DNA of 64,000 nucleotides from Candidatus Latescibacterota bacterium. GTDB lineage: Bacteria > Latescibacterota > UBA2968 > UBA8231. Position 1 is the first letter of the stretch; every line of letters starts with the position of its first letter. Where the stretch lies: positions 3,104,001 through 3,168,000 of the forward strand of contig OZ242318.1 of NCBI GenBank assembly GCA_965208105.1, read 5' to 3'. Below the pieces are notes generated by a model, which did not search any database, was not told the DNA's origin, and saw only the letters and a program-made list of their open reading frames with translations. Both the position numbers and the translations under genes were made by a program. This document shows positions 53,383 to 63,859 of the stretch, in pieces.

Positions 53383-53482
53383 CCATTGCTCTGTTAAGGA
53401 TTCAGACATGTAATTTTTCTTACTTCGTGGTAGCACTGGTCAAGGTCTAAAACTCAATGCGGACTCTTTAACAGCCCACTAG
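53383..53482. mobile_element. 100-bp IS630-derived MITE, copy 2
   Basis: Ungapped match to the reverse complement of 22701-22800, 89/100 by manual count. Confidence 0.85.
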
Positions 53483-53589
53483 CTTCCGGACCTCCGTTTT
53501 CCTCAAGAATTTCATCTTGTCCAGCCACACGCGCTTCCTTTCCACTAGATCGATCTACCCATCCTGCCTCTGATTTCCTACCCCTTGTA

Positions 53590-54113
53590 CGAAGAAACGA
53601 TGGCGCCTTTCGACTGTTGGCCATCCTGGATGAATACACCCGGGAATGCCTGGCGATGGATGTGGCCCGACGGATGAGCCACCGGGATGTAATGGACCGG
53701 TTGGCCGAGTTGTTTATCGATCAGGGCGTGCCGGAATGTCTTCGCTCAGACAACGGCTCGGAATCTACGGCTCAGGCGATCCGGGACTGGCTCAAGGCCA
53801 TAGGGGTCAGGACGCTCTACATCGAGCCGGGCAGTCCTTGGGAGAATGGCTACGTGGAGAGTTTTAACGGCAAGCTCAGGGACGAGCTGCTCAACCGAGA
53901 GGTGTTTGAAACCCTGAGGGAGGCCCAGGTGCTGACCGAGAGATGGAGAAGAGAGTATAACCAGATTCGGCCTCACAGCGCATTGGCCTACCGGCTTCCG
54001 GCGCCGGAGGCCTTCCTGCCCAAGAGGCAGACAGGGAATTCGTCCTTGGGAAATGGTCCCTTAATAATTCCCGCACTAACTTAGTAGTTGGCACCATTCG
54101 TGGGGGCAGGTCA
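53590..54113 (+). mobile_element. IS3 family 3' half (copy of the 55199-56465 element)
   Basis: [10 protein letters not shown]...RSDNG...[20 protein letters not shown]; ends GGGGGCAGGTCA. Confidence 0.88.
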
Positions 54114-54217
54114 CGCGTGCTTTTCCAGTGTTCAGTCGACTGGGAGCTACGAGACTCATCCTCAAGCTCTTCCTCGGTGAACTCGTACGAGTCATGCCTG
54201 ATGGTTTCCTTGCTCAT
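54114..54217 (-). pseudogene. 5' stub of a gene coupled to 54214-55095, cut by an IS end
   Basis: ATGA start/stop overlap; MSKETIRHDSYEFTEEELEDE... runs into the IS terminus. Confidence 0.5.
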
Positions 54218-55095
54218 GCTTGACGGTCCATTTCACCCACCATGAGAAGCAACGCTTCGCACAGTCTCACGAGAGCAAGCGCCTCGGGACGAGTGAACAA
54301 GCTATCCTGACCATATTCGTGGTGGTTCAGACTGGCCAGTTGCTTGATGGCGGTAACGATGCTGCTGTACTGCTTACCGCGTAGTTCGTCGGTACAGGCC
54401 GTCAGATAGTCAGTGATCTTTCCGTGCCCTTGATCCCTCAGATCCTTTTCTAAGGCCTCTACTATCATACGGCAGACTCCTACTGCGTTAGGTGGGTCGC
54501 TCGAAACAAGTGCACGGGCGGCGTTGAGATGGTTTACCGCGTGCTGAAGACTCCCGCCTTCCTTCAGGACACGGCGTAGCTCGATTACATCGAAGTCGTT
54601 GTAGCCGGATTCCAACAAGAACACGAGCCACATGTCGGTAGGCACCACGAACGACCACGGGTGTTGGCGAATGGGTTCAAGGACTCCATTAATCCACCAC
54701 GAGCCGTTCAGATCCATGCAGAAGATAGGGGAAGCCGCCCCCCGCTCGGCCTCTAAGCGGGTCAGGACATGGTGAGGCACATCGCAGTACATCGTGAAGG
54801 TCTGTTCGGAAGAGAAGGGTGCCGAACGCAAATTCTGAAGACTCTTCGGGGTGGACAGATCACCGATCACTGGACCGGTTTCGGATCGCCAGCGCAGCTG
54901 TCCACCTAGGGTTGCGATCCTGAACCCAACAAGACCCTCCTCGGATCCCCCGGACGGGGGTACATCCTGAAGCTGACACCCTGCCAAAAGCCCGATGCGA
55001 GGCTGAAAGGCGGCTTCAGCCACGATCCGGCTCACCCAAACTGTCCCTACGCCGTAATTCCTTATGAGCAAGTCGTTCTGACCAAGTCGAGACAT
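54214..55095 (-). CDS. hypothetical protein, paralogue of 33280-34191, HEPN-like C-terminus
   Basis: GGAGGAG RBS; full-length similarity to 33280-34191. Confidence 0.85.
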   Translation of the reverse strand: MSRLGQNDLLIRNYGVGTVWVSRIVAEAAFQPRIGLLAGCQLQDVPPSGGSEEGLVGFRIATLGGQLRWRSETGPVIGDLSTPKSLQNLRSAPFSSEQTFTMYCDVPHHVLTRLEAERGAASPIFCMDLNGSWWINGVLEPIRQHPWSFVVPTDMWLVFLLESGYNDFDVIELRRVLKEGGSLQHAVNHLNAARALVSSDPPNAVGVCRMIVEALEKDLRDQGHGKITDYLTACTDELRGKQYSSIVTAIKQLASLNHHEYGQDSLFTRPEALALVRLCEALLLMVGEMDRQA

Positions 55096-55198
55096 CTCTC
55101 CTCCAAAAATGGAATTGACGGCCCCTCAGGGCGCTCTGTATATTATCTGAAGACATGAGCATGAAAGAGCCGGCCTGATCGTTGTTACCAGCAGCGAC

Positions 55199-56465
55199 TG
55201 ACCTGCCCCCACGAGTGGTGCCAGTTTTTAAGTTAGTCCCGGAACCATAATGGGTCCATTCCGCAGGGGAGAATTCCCAGCCTGCCTCCTGGGTAGAAAG
55301 GCCTCCGGCGCTGGAGGCCGGTAGGCCAATGCGCTGTGAGGCCGTATCTGGTTATACTCTCTTCTCCATCTTTCGGTCAGCACCTGAGCTTCCCTCAGGG
55401 TTTCAAATACCTCCCGGTTGAGTAACTCATCTCTGAGCTTTCCATTGAAACTCTCCACATAGCCATTCTCCCAAGGACTGCCCGGCTCGATGTAGAGCGT
55501 CCTCACTCCTATGGCCTTGAGCCAGTCCCGAATCGCTTGAGCTGTAAACTCCGAGCCGTTGTCTGATCGAAGACACTCCGGTACGCCCCGATCGATAAAC
55601 AGCTCAGCCAACCGGTCCATCACATCCCGGTGGCTCATCCGCCGGGCCACAACCATCGCCAGGCATTCCCGGGTGTATTCATCCAGGATGGCCAACATTC
55701 GAAAAGCCCGCCCGTCCTCGGTCCGATCATGAAGGAAATCATAGCTCCACACATGGTTTCTATGGGTCGGCCGGAGTCGAATACACGAGCCGTCCGTCAA
55801 CCAAAGTCTCTTTCGCTTAGGCTGACGGCCGGGGACTTTCAGCCCTTCCTGCCTCCAGAGTCTCTCCACCCGCTTGTGATTGACCTCCCATCCCTCTCCA
55901 CGCAGCATGGCCGTGATCCTGCGATAGCCGTATCGGCCATACTCGCTGGTCAGCTCCACCATCCGGACCACCAGTTTTGCGTCCTGTTCGGGGACCTCTC
56001 GGACTCTTCGCTGCGTGGATCGCGGCTGTCCCAACACTCGGCAGGCCCGACGTTCGGAGACGCGCCCAGGTCCCCATCGATCTTGGACCCAAGTCACGGC
56101 TCGCCTCCTCTTGGCCGGGCTTAGAAGTTTCCCGACGAAACTTCCTTCAGGATCTGGTTGTCCAAAGACAGGTCCGCCACCAGCTTCTTCAACCGCCCAT
56201 TCTCCTTCTCCAGAGCCTTGAGACGCTTGGCCTGGTCCATCTTCAGGCCGCCATATTCCTTTCTCCACCGGTAGTAGGTCTGCTCGGTGATCCCCATCTG
56301 CTTGCACGCTTGGACCACCGTTTCCCCCTGGGCCAAGCGCACCTCCGCCTCCCGCAGCTTGGTGATAATCTGCTCGGTCGTAAATCGCTTCCTTGCCAAT
56401 CTTGCCTCCTTCAAATGGTCCAGTTACTATCACAGTACCTGGACTCGTTTAAGGGGGCAAGGTCA
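55199..56465 (-). mobile_element. complete IS3 family (IS407-like) element, orfA 56121-56414 plus frameshifted orfB ending at 55228
   Basis: TG...CA ends TGACCTGCCCCC / TGACCTTGCCCCC; [39 protein letters not shown] motifs. Confidence 0.93.
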
Positions 56466-56632
56466 CTACCAAGGAAGGCCAGAGACGAATATTGAGCTAC
56501 TTGGCCTTCGGGTCTCCATAAGCTGGCGGCTGTCCTGCTCAGGAGCCAAGCGGAAAATTCATCTCCGTGGGATGGACTCCGCATGATGCCGGCTCAAACA
56601 TAAAGGTTGGCATCGTTCGTGGGGACAGTTCA

Positions 56633-57427
56633 AGATACGCACCGCCACCCTCGGATGGCGGCCTTGAGGGAAATGAGGAGGTGTTTACCTCAGAGAATTT
56701 CCATTTTACGATGGTCTCTCCCACCCGGAGCAGGATGGTCCTACCGCCCACTGCTATCACGCTAGCTTGCTCTGATTCGCTCAATCTGGGAGGATTTGGT
56801 CCGCAACCACAATGCACGGCTGGATAACTTCAACCAGATTATTTGCAGCCATAACCCCGGTGGACCGAGAGATGCGGTGGGGGAGTTTGCAGCGTGGAAT
56901 TACTTTTCCGGGGAGCGCCACCAGGAAGGCTACTTCTACTTGGAGAGAGCTACGAGTATCCCGAAGTTTCCTCTCTTCCCCTGCAAGAGGATGAGATCCA
57001 GGTTGCCGACTGGGACCATTACGAGGAATTGCCTCCGTTCTGACGGTCACCGAGTCCTGGGGAAGAGGTTACGATTACTCGGTTTCCGCCGAGTACGATC
57101 ACGATCCGAATCTCATCGGGGAAGGAGCCCTTCTTCTAGCCTTGCGCCTGGGCCGGACTTTTCCCACCCCCTTCAGCCTGGGGCTCCTTGCCGAAACGAT
57201 CATTCCCCTCGATCTGGACCGGGCAAGCACCGAGACCCGACTGTCCATCTTCTCCAAGAATGGACACCCGGTAAAAAATGGAGAGAAGGTCCCCCGCGTT
57301 CCTTTGCCGATTCCCACCTGGATGGGCGCAACGAGAATGGCCAGCTGGGTGCGTCGGGCACCTGCTACTCGTGCTGTAAGCGCAGGGGCACCGGATCTCC
57401 AGGATGCATGCCCTCATTGGGGACTGG
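56633..57427 (+). pseudogene. decayed homologue of the 7640-9388 metalloprotease gene
   Basis: Collinear nucleotide similarity (PPSDGG, HNARLDNF, EFAAWNYF.GERHQEG, TIIPLDL.RAST.TRLSIFS, DGRNE.G) with frameshifts and two internal deletions. Confidence 0.85.
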
Positions 57428-57798
57428 ACTGTGCCTTCAAATAGGTGTTTTGTCTCGACAGAGCTTATACTATGATCTCAGTCAACGAGCCCACAGGATG
57501 TCCCTGTCGCCCTGGGGAACCTTAGGATGCCCCCATCTCCAGGATCTAGACTTTTTTCTTGCCTTTCCCTTTTCTCATCCATAAATTCCCTTTCGTCAGT
57601 TTTCGTACTTCCTCCCTTGTGTCGGGAGTATCGCTGAATACAATAGCCTGCTACAAGATACGACTTGCTATCGTATCTGGGTAAATAAGCGATAGTTCCC
57701 GCATTTCTTCAAAAAAGTGCGAAAACTGACAGCTCCCGACGCCATTAACCATTTGGCGTCAAGGTGTCGATCTGCATGCTCAGCAGGAAGGGAATGCT

Positions 57799-57912
57799 AT
57801 GTGCGATAAGGGGATGAATTTTTCTGATTCTGATTCGGATTTTTGGGGAAAAGTAGAGCACGTAGCAAAGAAGGCAGTCCAGGACTTCTCGCAGACCTGC
57901 CTGGGGATGTAG
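57799..57912 (+). pseudogene. short stub resembling a DUF1232 N-terminus
   Basis: FSDSDSDFWGKVEHVAKKA resembles FDDGGFWRKIRKYAKKV of the next gene. Confidence 0.45.
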
Positions 57913-58084
57913 GCATGGCCCGACATTCTATGTCAGGTCGTCTTCTCATTGCCTAGGAGAGGATGCCCGTGCCGCACCCTGTCCCATTACATAATCAGAT
58001 TGAGATACGGGTCGGTTGGTATCCCTCCAGGCACTAAAAACAACCTTGTGCCAGGGCCGAAGTGCGCCTTGGGGGAGGAGTGTT

Positions 58085-58438
58085 ATGGCAAAAATTGCTT
58101 TGGGTGAGGGCGGGTTTGATGATGGTGGGTTTTGGAGAAAGATAAGAAAGTATGCAAAGAAAGTGGGCAGAGAAGGAGTCGAGCAAATTCTGCAATTGTA
58201 TTATGCAGTCCAAGCACCAACCACCCCCAAAGAAGTAAAGATTGCTATTTATGGCGCCTTGGCCTATTTCGTGTGGCCCCTTGATGCTATGACCGATCCC
58301 ATATTTGTGGACGATCTTGGCGTCATAGCCGCAGTGGCCTTAAGTGCAAAGGCTTATGTCACTCCAGAAATTGAAGAAAAAGCCAAGAGAAGGGCGGATG
58401 AGTGGTTTGGGGAAGAAAATGAGGATGAGAAGTCGTGA
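58085..58438 (+). CDS. YkvA/DUF1232 family protein
   Basis: GGAGGAG RBS; FW.KI.KYAKK.G, LYY, K..IYGALAYFVWPLDA..D, DDLGV motifs. Confidence 0.88.
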   Translation: MAKIALGEGGFDDGGFWRKIRKYAKKVGREGVEQILQLYYAVQAPTTPKEVKIAIYGALAYFVWPLDAMTDPIFVDDLGVIAAVALSAKAYVTPEIEEKAKRRADEWFGEENEDEKS

Positions 58439-58722
58439 GCGGCAGCATATGGAAATATGTGGCAGTCGCCGTATTTGGTGGACTTACGATTGTGGGAGGG
58501 CTGGCTGTTGCGGTTGTGGTGAAGGACAGAATACTGCATGGAAAACCAGAAGAAGTGAAGGGGGAAGCAAAAGAAGAAGCTGCAAGGGTCTCTCTTGACT
58601 CGCACGATATATATGTTGACTTCGATTTCAATGGAAAATGGAATAATGTTAACTACCATGGCATGTCAACAAAAGAGAAAATAGCATGGCTGAATAGCGT
58701 TTCAGAAAAACAGGAAACCTAA
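58435..58722 (+). CDS. small protein with N-terminal transmembrane helix
   Basis: GTGA overlap with upstream stop; hydrophobic N-terminus. Confidence 0.7.
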   Translation: MSGSIWKYVAVAVFGGLTIVGGLAVAVVVKDRILHGKPEEVKGEAKEEAARVSLDSHDIYVDFDFNGKWNNVNYHGMSTKEKIAWLNSVSEKQET

Positions 58723-58733
58723 TTGAAGTAAGG

Positions 58734-59012
58734 TTGGACAGTCTGAATCGAAGCACTAGTTTTTCTGTATACTTACCATACAAGGACTGCCTTCGATATG
58801 TAAGTGGATTCATTGAAACATTTGAAGATGTTGATCGTCCTCTTTATAGCAAAACAGAAACAGAATGGTATGACCAATTCAAATTTCATGGACTAAGAAA
58901 TGGGAAATCCTTGATATTTACCTGCGGCAAGAAAAACGATACATACACCGCAACTTGTTATAAGAGGGGAGTCAAGGAGACTCTTGAATATATTCTGTCA
59001 ATGGAAGAATAG
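58734..59012 (+). CDS. small hypothetical protein
   Basis: 11 bp after the previous gene, same strand, followed by a terminator. Confidence 0.6.
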   Translation: MDSLNRSTSFSVYLPYKDCLRYVSGFIETFEDVDRPLYSKTETEWYDQFKFHGLRNGKSLIFTCGKKNDTYTATCYKRGVKETLEYILSMEE

Positions 59013-59053
59013 GTTCGAACGTGGATTCCTAGCTAAAAAAACAAAAATCCAAG

Positions 59054-59091
59054 AGCGCCCAAGCAGATCACACTTGGGCGCTTTCTTATTT
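59054..59091 (+). terminator. rho-independent terminator
   Basis: AGCGCCCAAG / CTTGGGCGCT stem followed by TTCTTATTT. Confidence 0.7.
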
Positions 59092-59321
59092 GTCGACCCA
59101 CGCGACCGAAAAGATTCGGCATGGTGTCGGCAGAATCGAGTCTCCCTCGTCTTCACCGCTGCCAACGCCTCTTACTACGTCATCAAGAATAGCGACCCAA
59201 GGGACCATCGAGACATCGGCCAGCGCATGCAGGAATACCTCGTATGGAGAAATTGAAACCAGGACGATGCCTAGCTCGCCAAGGTACAAAATTCAATTCC
59301 GACTCTTTAACAGCGCACTGG
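59088..59321 (+). mobile_element. second IS630 3' remnant
   Basis: Degenerate copy of ~15781-16054 with an internal deletion and stop codons. Confidence 0.82.
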
Positions 59322-59471
59322 TTTCTAAATATAATTTTCATATGTGAGGAGTAGGCGATGAATCCCTTGGCTTATAATGATTTTTTTATGAAAATGTGGG
59401 GATGATGCGGCCCCATGCCCATTGCTTGAATGAGTGGAGAAGTGCAACTTCACCCCACATAGGATGGCGAC

Positions 59472-60581
59472 ATGCATTCAACCGGGGCCTTGGAACGAGA
59501 GATCAATGTCCTTCGGCAACGCCTGTCGCACCTGTTCCGCAAGTTTTCCCGGCAAGAGGCATCGGACTTGGCAGCCTGCGAGGAGGGGCAGGGCCTTGGC
59601 CTGGCCATTTGCAAGGGCATTGTCGATGCCCATGGGGGACGCATCTGGGCCGAGAGCGACGGCGTGGGCAAGGGCACCCTCGTCACCTTCACCCTTCCCT
59701 TGGCCGAAGAGGAGGGGAATGCCCTCGCCTTAGGTTCCGCTCGGACTGGCCGCAGACCCACGCCGAAGCAGGTCGGAATGCCCATCCTGGTGGTGGACGA
59801 CGACCCGCAGGCGCTGCGCACCATGCGGGATGTCCTTCGCAAATCAGGCTATGTTCCCATCGTGACCGGCGACCCCAAGGAGGTGCCCAACCTCATGGAG
59901 AAGCACCATCCCCAGCTGGTGTTGCTGGACCTGGTGCTGCCAGGCGTCGATGGGGTAGACCTGATGCAGGAGCTTTCCCAAACCTCGAACGCGCCAGTCA
60001 TCTTCCTGTCCGCCTATGGCCAGGAAGAGGTGATCGCCCGGGCCTTCGATGCGGGAGCCGCCGACTACGTGGTCAAGCCCTTTTCACCTACGGAACTGGC
60101 CGCCCGGATCCGTGCTGCTCTGCGCAAGCATACGACCACCTCGCTGCCTGAGCCGACCCAACCATATGTCCTGGGAGACCTGACTATCGACTACGCCGGA
60201 CGCTGTGTGACGATGGGCGGGGACCGGGTGCACTTGACCCTCCTCGAGTATCGGCTGTTGGTGGAGCTATCGATCCACCCCGGCTGGGTAGTATCCTATG
60301 AGCACCTGCTTCAAAATGTCTGGGGGCCTACCCAAGCCGACCTGCGGCCAGTGCGCGCCGCAGTGAAAAATATCCGCCGCAAGCTGGGGGACGCCGCCGC
60401 CAACCCAACCTACCTTTTCACCGAGCCTCGCGTCGGTTATCGCCTGGGTGAGAAAACAGAATCCTGGCATAATGGCGTTGGGGGGGAGCCTCATCCCCAA
60501 TTTTTCATGTTGTTCTTATTCGCAATGCCCATGCCACGTACCCATTCGAAGATATACCAGCTTCTGTTGTGTCTCGTGTAG
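59472..60581 (+). CDS. internally deleted hybrid kinase: HATPase tail + REC + OmpR winged helix
   Basis: GLGLAICKGIVDAHGG, ILVVDDD, DYVVKPFSPTEL, EPRVGYR; similar to the C-terminal part of 43801-46212. Confidence 0.8.
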   Translation: MHSTGALEREINVLRQRLSHLFRKFSRQEASDLAACEEGQGLGLAICKGIVDAHGGRIWAESDGVGKGTLVTFTLPLAEEEGNALALGSARTGRRPTPKQVGMPILVVDDDPQALRTMRDVLRKSGYVPIVTGDPKEVPNLMEKHHPQLVLLDLVLPGVDGVDLMQELSQTSNAPVIFLSAYGQEEVIARAFDAGAADYVVKPFSPTELAARIRAALRKHTTTSLPEPTQPYVLGDLTIDYAGRCVTMGGDRVHLTLLEYRLLVELSIHPGWVVSYEHLLQNVWGPTQADLRPVRAAVKNIRRKLGDAAANPTYLFTEPRVGYRLGEKTESWHNGVGGEPHPQFFMLFLFAMPMPRTHSKIYQLLLCLV

Positions 60582-60863
60582 CAGAACACGCTCTGGAGGA
60601 CGAGATCGAGCTGACTAATACGGCTTCTGTTGAGTTTGGGCGGCCATGAGTTTGAGTTCGGTGGAATTAGCCTTGATGCCGCAAAGGGGAAACAGCAGGT
60701 CTGCCGTTGCGCCGCCTTCGGCGTCTCGGTCAGCGGCAACCCTCTTCCCTGGCCTGAAACCCTGAGCCTGCTACCTGCCTTGGCAGCAATTGGTATGAGC
60801 TGGAAATCAGAGGGGGAACAAAGGCGGTTTCCCTGACTGATTACAGCAAGACTCGAGGACATC

Positions 60864-61739
60864 GTGCCTGCAAGTAATAGAGCTATAGAAACTCTGAAGG
60901 AAGTCACGGTCTTCCGTGACTCAGATGGAAAAGTAACGGGACAGAAGGGGACGACATGTACACGGTTCAGTGATGGTCAACAGGAGTGGGTTGAAAAACA
61001 ATGGGTATCTGGTGACTGGGTTTTCCCGGGTGATTATGAATACGGTGTGGAGAAGCGGGTATATGAGATTGCTAATTCTTTGGATCTTCCCGTGCCCCGT
61101 CTTCTTGGTTCCAATGACGAAGAAAGGAAGCTGCTAATTGAATACCTGGAGGGCTCATCTGTTCGTTGGCCCTGCGACGACAGCAGCCTTCTCGTTCCCG
61201 TCCTGGTTTTCTTCGATGCTTTCAAGGAGATCGAATTCACCCCCGAATTGACCCTGTATAAGATGGACGGAGAAAGGATCCGCAAATATAGGCTGGATCA
61301 GCTTCAATTCATCTTTCCTGAGGAGCCTGTCTGGAAGAAGCTGGACTCCATCTACGAGTCCTTCCTCCAGAACATCCAGTATTGCTCGATTCCTTTTGAC
61401 CGGATTCTGAAGAATACGATTCTGTTCAAGGGCACCTTATTCTTCCTTGATTTCGAGTGGACGATCGCGGGACCATACGAATTCACGCTTGCCAGGACGG
61501 CTGTCGAGTTCAACCAATATGCTCATTCTGAGATCCTATCCCGGGTGACCTCGATGAATCTGTATCATCTTTTTCTTCTTCGATTCTATATGTACGGTCA
61601 GGAGCCGGAATCGGTAAGCACGTATCTTCGCAGGAATCTTGAAGATCCCCGACTCCAAGAGATCTTCGAGATCGTAACCACGGAGGAATATGCGGACCAA
61701 CCATGGGCTCAACGGTTTGGCCGCCCCAATGTGCCCTGA
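60864..61739 (+). CDS. APH/choline-kinase-like phosphotransferase
   Basis: E..VY, LPVPRLL, IEYLEG, D....N, LDFEW motifs. Confidence 0.7.
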   Translation: MPASNRAIETLKEVTVFRDSDGKVTGQKGTTCTRFSDGQQEWVEKQWVSGDWVFPGDYEYGVEKRVYEIANSLDLPVPRLLGSNDEERKLLIEYLEGSSVRWPCDDSSLLVPVLVFFDAFKEIEFTPELTLYKMDGERIRKYRLDQLQFIFPEEPVWKKLDSIYESFLQNIQYCSIPFDRILKNTILFKGTLFFLDFEWTIAGPYEFTLARTAVEFNQYAHSEILSRVTSMNLYHLFLLRFYMYGQEPESVSTYLRRNLEDPRLQEIFEIVTTEEYADQPWAQRFGRPNVP

Positions 61740-61835
61740 TTCGAGTCCTGATGCCGTTGGCAGATAACCTCGAGGGTCCCACTTTCGATTCGCTCCGGGA
61801 TAATTAATTCCGCGGATTGGGGCACTCTTCGAGGT

Positions 61836-63417
61836 GGGTGCATTAGGTGATTGTTACGGTTCCAGTGGTTTTGTGAGGTGATCTTGGTGCTGCTGGAAGA
61901 CGCGGTCCAGCGTTCCGTTGTAGAGGGCGCAACGCAGAGCGAGGACGGCGTTGCTGTTTTCCTGATACCACCAGGCGCCCGAGCGTTTCAGTCGAACGTG
62001 GCCGATGAAGCGATGTGCCGATTCGATCGCCCCCGAGCCAATCGGGTAGCCCCCTTTGCAATGGCTGGCGAAGTCGACTTGGTGCAGCCGCTTCTGCAGG
62101 TAGGTCACGGCCGCGCCGATCGCTTCTTCGGCCTCTTCCGAGACCGGCTGCATGCGTTGCAGACCCCAGACCACGCCCGTCGCCTCCCCGCAGAACAGGC
62201 GGGCCAGCGTCGCTTCCAGCCAATGGGCGGCGCGTGCCCCATCGGCGCCGTACTGGGCCTCGGCCACCCCGTGCAGGTAGCGGCTGCAATGGTAATAGTC
62301 GAGGATCTGACGGGCCCCAGGGAACAGGTCCTCCACCCACTTCCAGATCCACGGGGCGCCATCGGCGATGGCACACAAGCGCACCTGATCCTCCGGGATC
62401 AGGCCCGCCTCCTTGACTTGGCGCAAAGCCGCTCCGAAAGCCTGTTCGTCGCCCATCTGATGCCAGGAGATCAACGGCTCGATGCGGTCGTCGTCGACCA
62501 GGTAGAAGCGGAAGCCCTTGGCCTCGTGGTATGCCCCCTGCCAGCGCCTCTTCGCCGAGCCCGGCTCTTCCGGCGCCCCGGACGGGTTCCCTTGGCGGTC
62601 TCGGGACGACTGGGCACGTCGGCCGCGTCGATGGCCAACACTACGATGGGCCGCCACTTGCGGCCGGCGGCGGCCTGGGCAATGCGATTCTGGATGTCGG
62701 CGGCGTCCGGACACACCTGCAGCACGTCCAAGGCCCCGGTCTGTTGCAGCGCTTCGTGAATCCCGCAGTCGCTCATCGACGCGTCGGTGAGCTCGTCCAG
62801 CAACTTCGAGGCGCGCTGGTGGGGCATCTCCAGCGCCAGCTGGACCCCGGCCAGCTGCACGTCCCACTGCTTGCGATGCGCCGACAGACCGAGGGCTTGA
62901 TCCAGCGGATGGAACCCGTGGTGACAGGCCGCGCAGTAGAAATAGGGCCGCTCCAGGGTCACCGGCCCCAGCAGCGTCTCCACCGTGCGCGAGCGCGACG
63001 GCCGCGCCCACAGGATGCGCTCACACCCAGGACAGGTCGCCTCTTGTTGCACCAGAAACGATCCGTAGCGGCGTTCGACCAAGGCTTCCACCAACTCTGC
63101 GGTAAGCCCGGCGCGCTCTTGGGAGACCGCCTCGGTGATCTCCATCAAGGTCGGCGCCCGAGCGCCGGAATCGGCCATGGGGGTCTCCAGTCCATCCAGC
63201 AACCTATCCAAAGCTTCATGGGCTCGGGCGCGGAAGCGCTCCCAAGCCTGCCCCTCCTGAAAGACTTCCAAAGAAAAAATCGCACTCATTGCTCCCCACC
63301 TTATTTGAACCAGGGGAGCCTGCCGTTGCCGTGGGGAATACGGCAACAGATATCAACATACTGGAAAATATACACATACAAACAGGAATCAGGCCATAAC
63401 AATCAGCTCAGGCGCCC
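61836..63417 (-). mobile_element. ISKra4 family element; transposase frameshifted near 62550
   Basis: CPGC, T.LG...L.RPYFYC..C..GF.PLD, ADGA.WIW, ILDYYH, GYPIGSGAIESA motifs; 24-bp TIRs (19/24); 8-bp TSD TTCGAGGT at 61828-61835 and 63418-63425. Confidence 0.9.
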
Positions 63418-63474
63418 TTCGAGGTTATGTGCCACGAAAAACAAGGTCCAGCAACTCTAGTTGGCTAGGTTATA

Positions 63475-63859
63475 GTGGGTACCTTATCACTTGATGAAAG
63501 GAGCCCCCCATGCCTGAATCACGTATCCTCTATCCCCCCGAATTTCGCCAGCAGATGATCGAGCTGGTCCGCTCCGGACGCTCGCCTGGCTTCTCGGTCT
63601 ACCCGCCCTCCATCGCCAGCAGCCGACAAGCCAAAGCGCTATGAGGCTGGTCTATGGCCTCCACCGATAGATAGTCTGCTCGGTTTCCCCATCTGCTTGA
63701 ACGCTTGGACCACCCTCGTCTCTTGAGCAAAGCGCACCTCTGCCTCACGCAGCTTGGTAATAATCTGCTTGGTCCTACATTGCTTTCTTGCCATCCTTGC
63801 TCCTTTCTGAAGTCCAATCTTGGACCCTGTTCCTGGACTCGTTTAGGGGGGTAAGGTCA
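63475..63859. mobile_element. two decayed IS3 5' remnants, tail to tail
   Basis: 63475-63590 matches the 33111 repeat; ~63650-63859 is a degenerate copy of the 56280-56465 end. Confidence 0.75.

Noticed and set aside
56633-57427. Protease copy as a DGR TR/VR pair with 7640-9388
   Set aside because: Differences affect all four bases and include indels; they are not adenine-specific.
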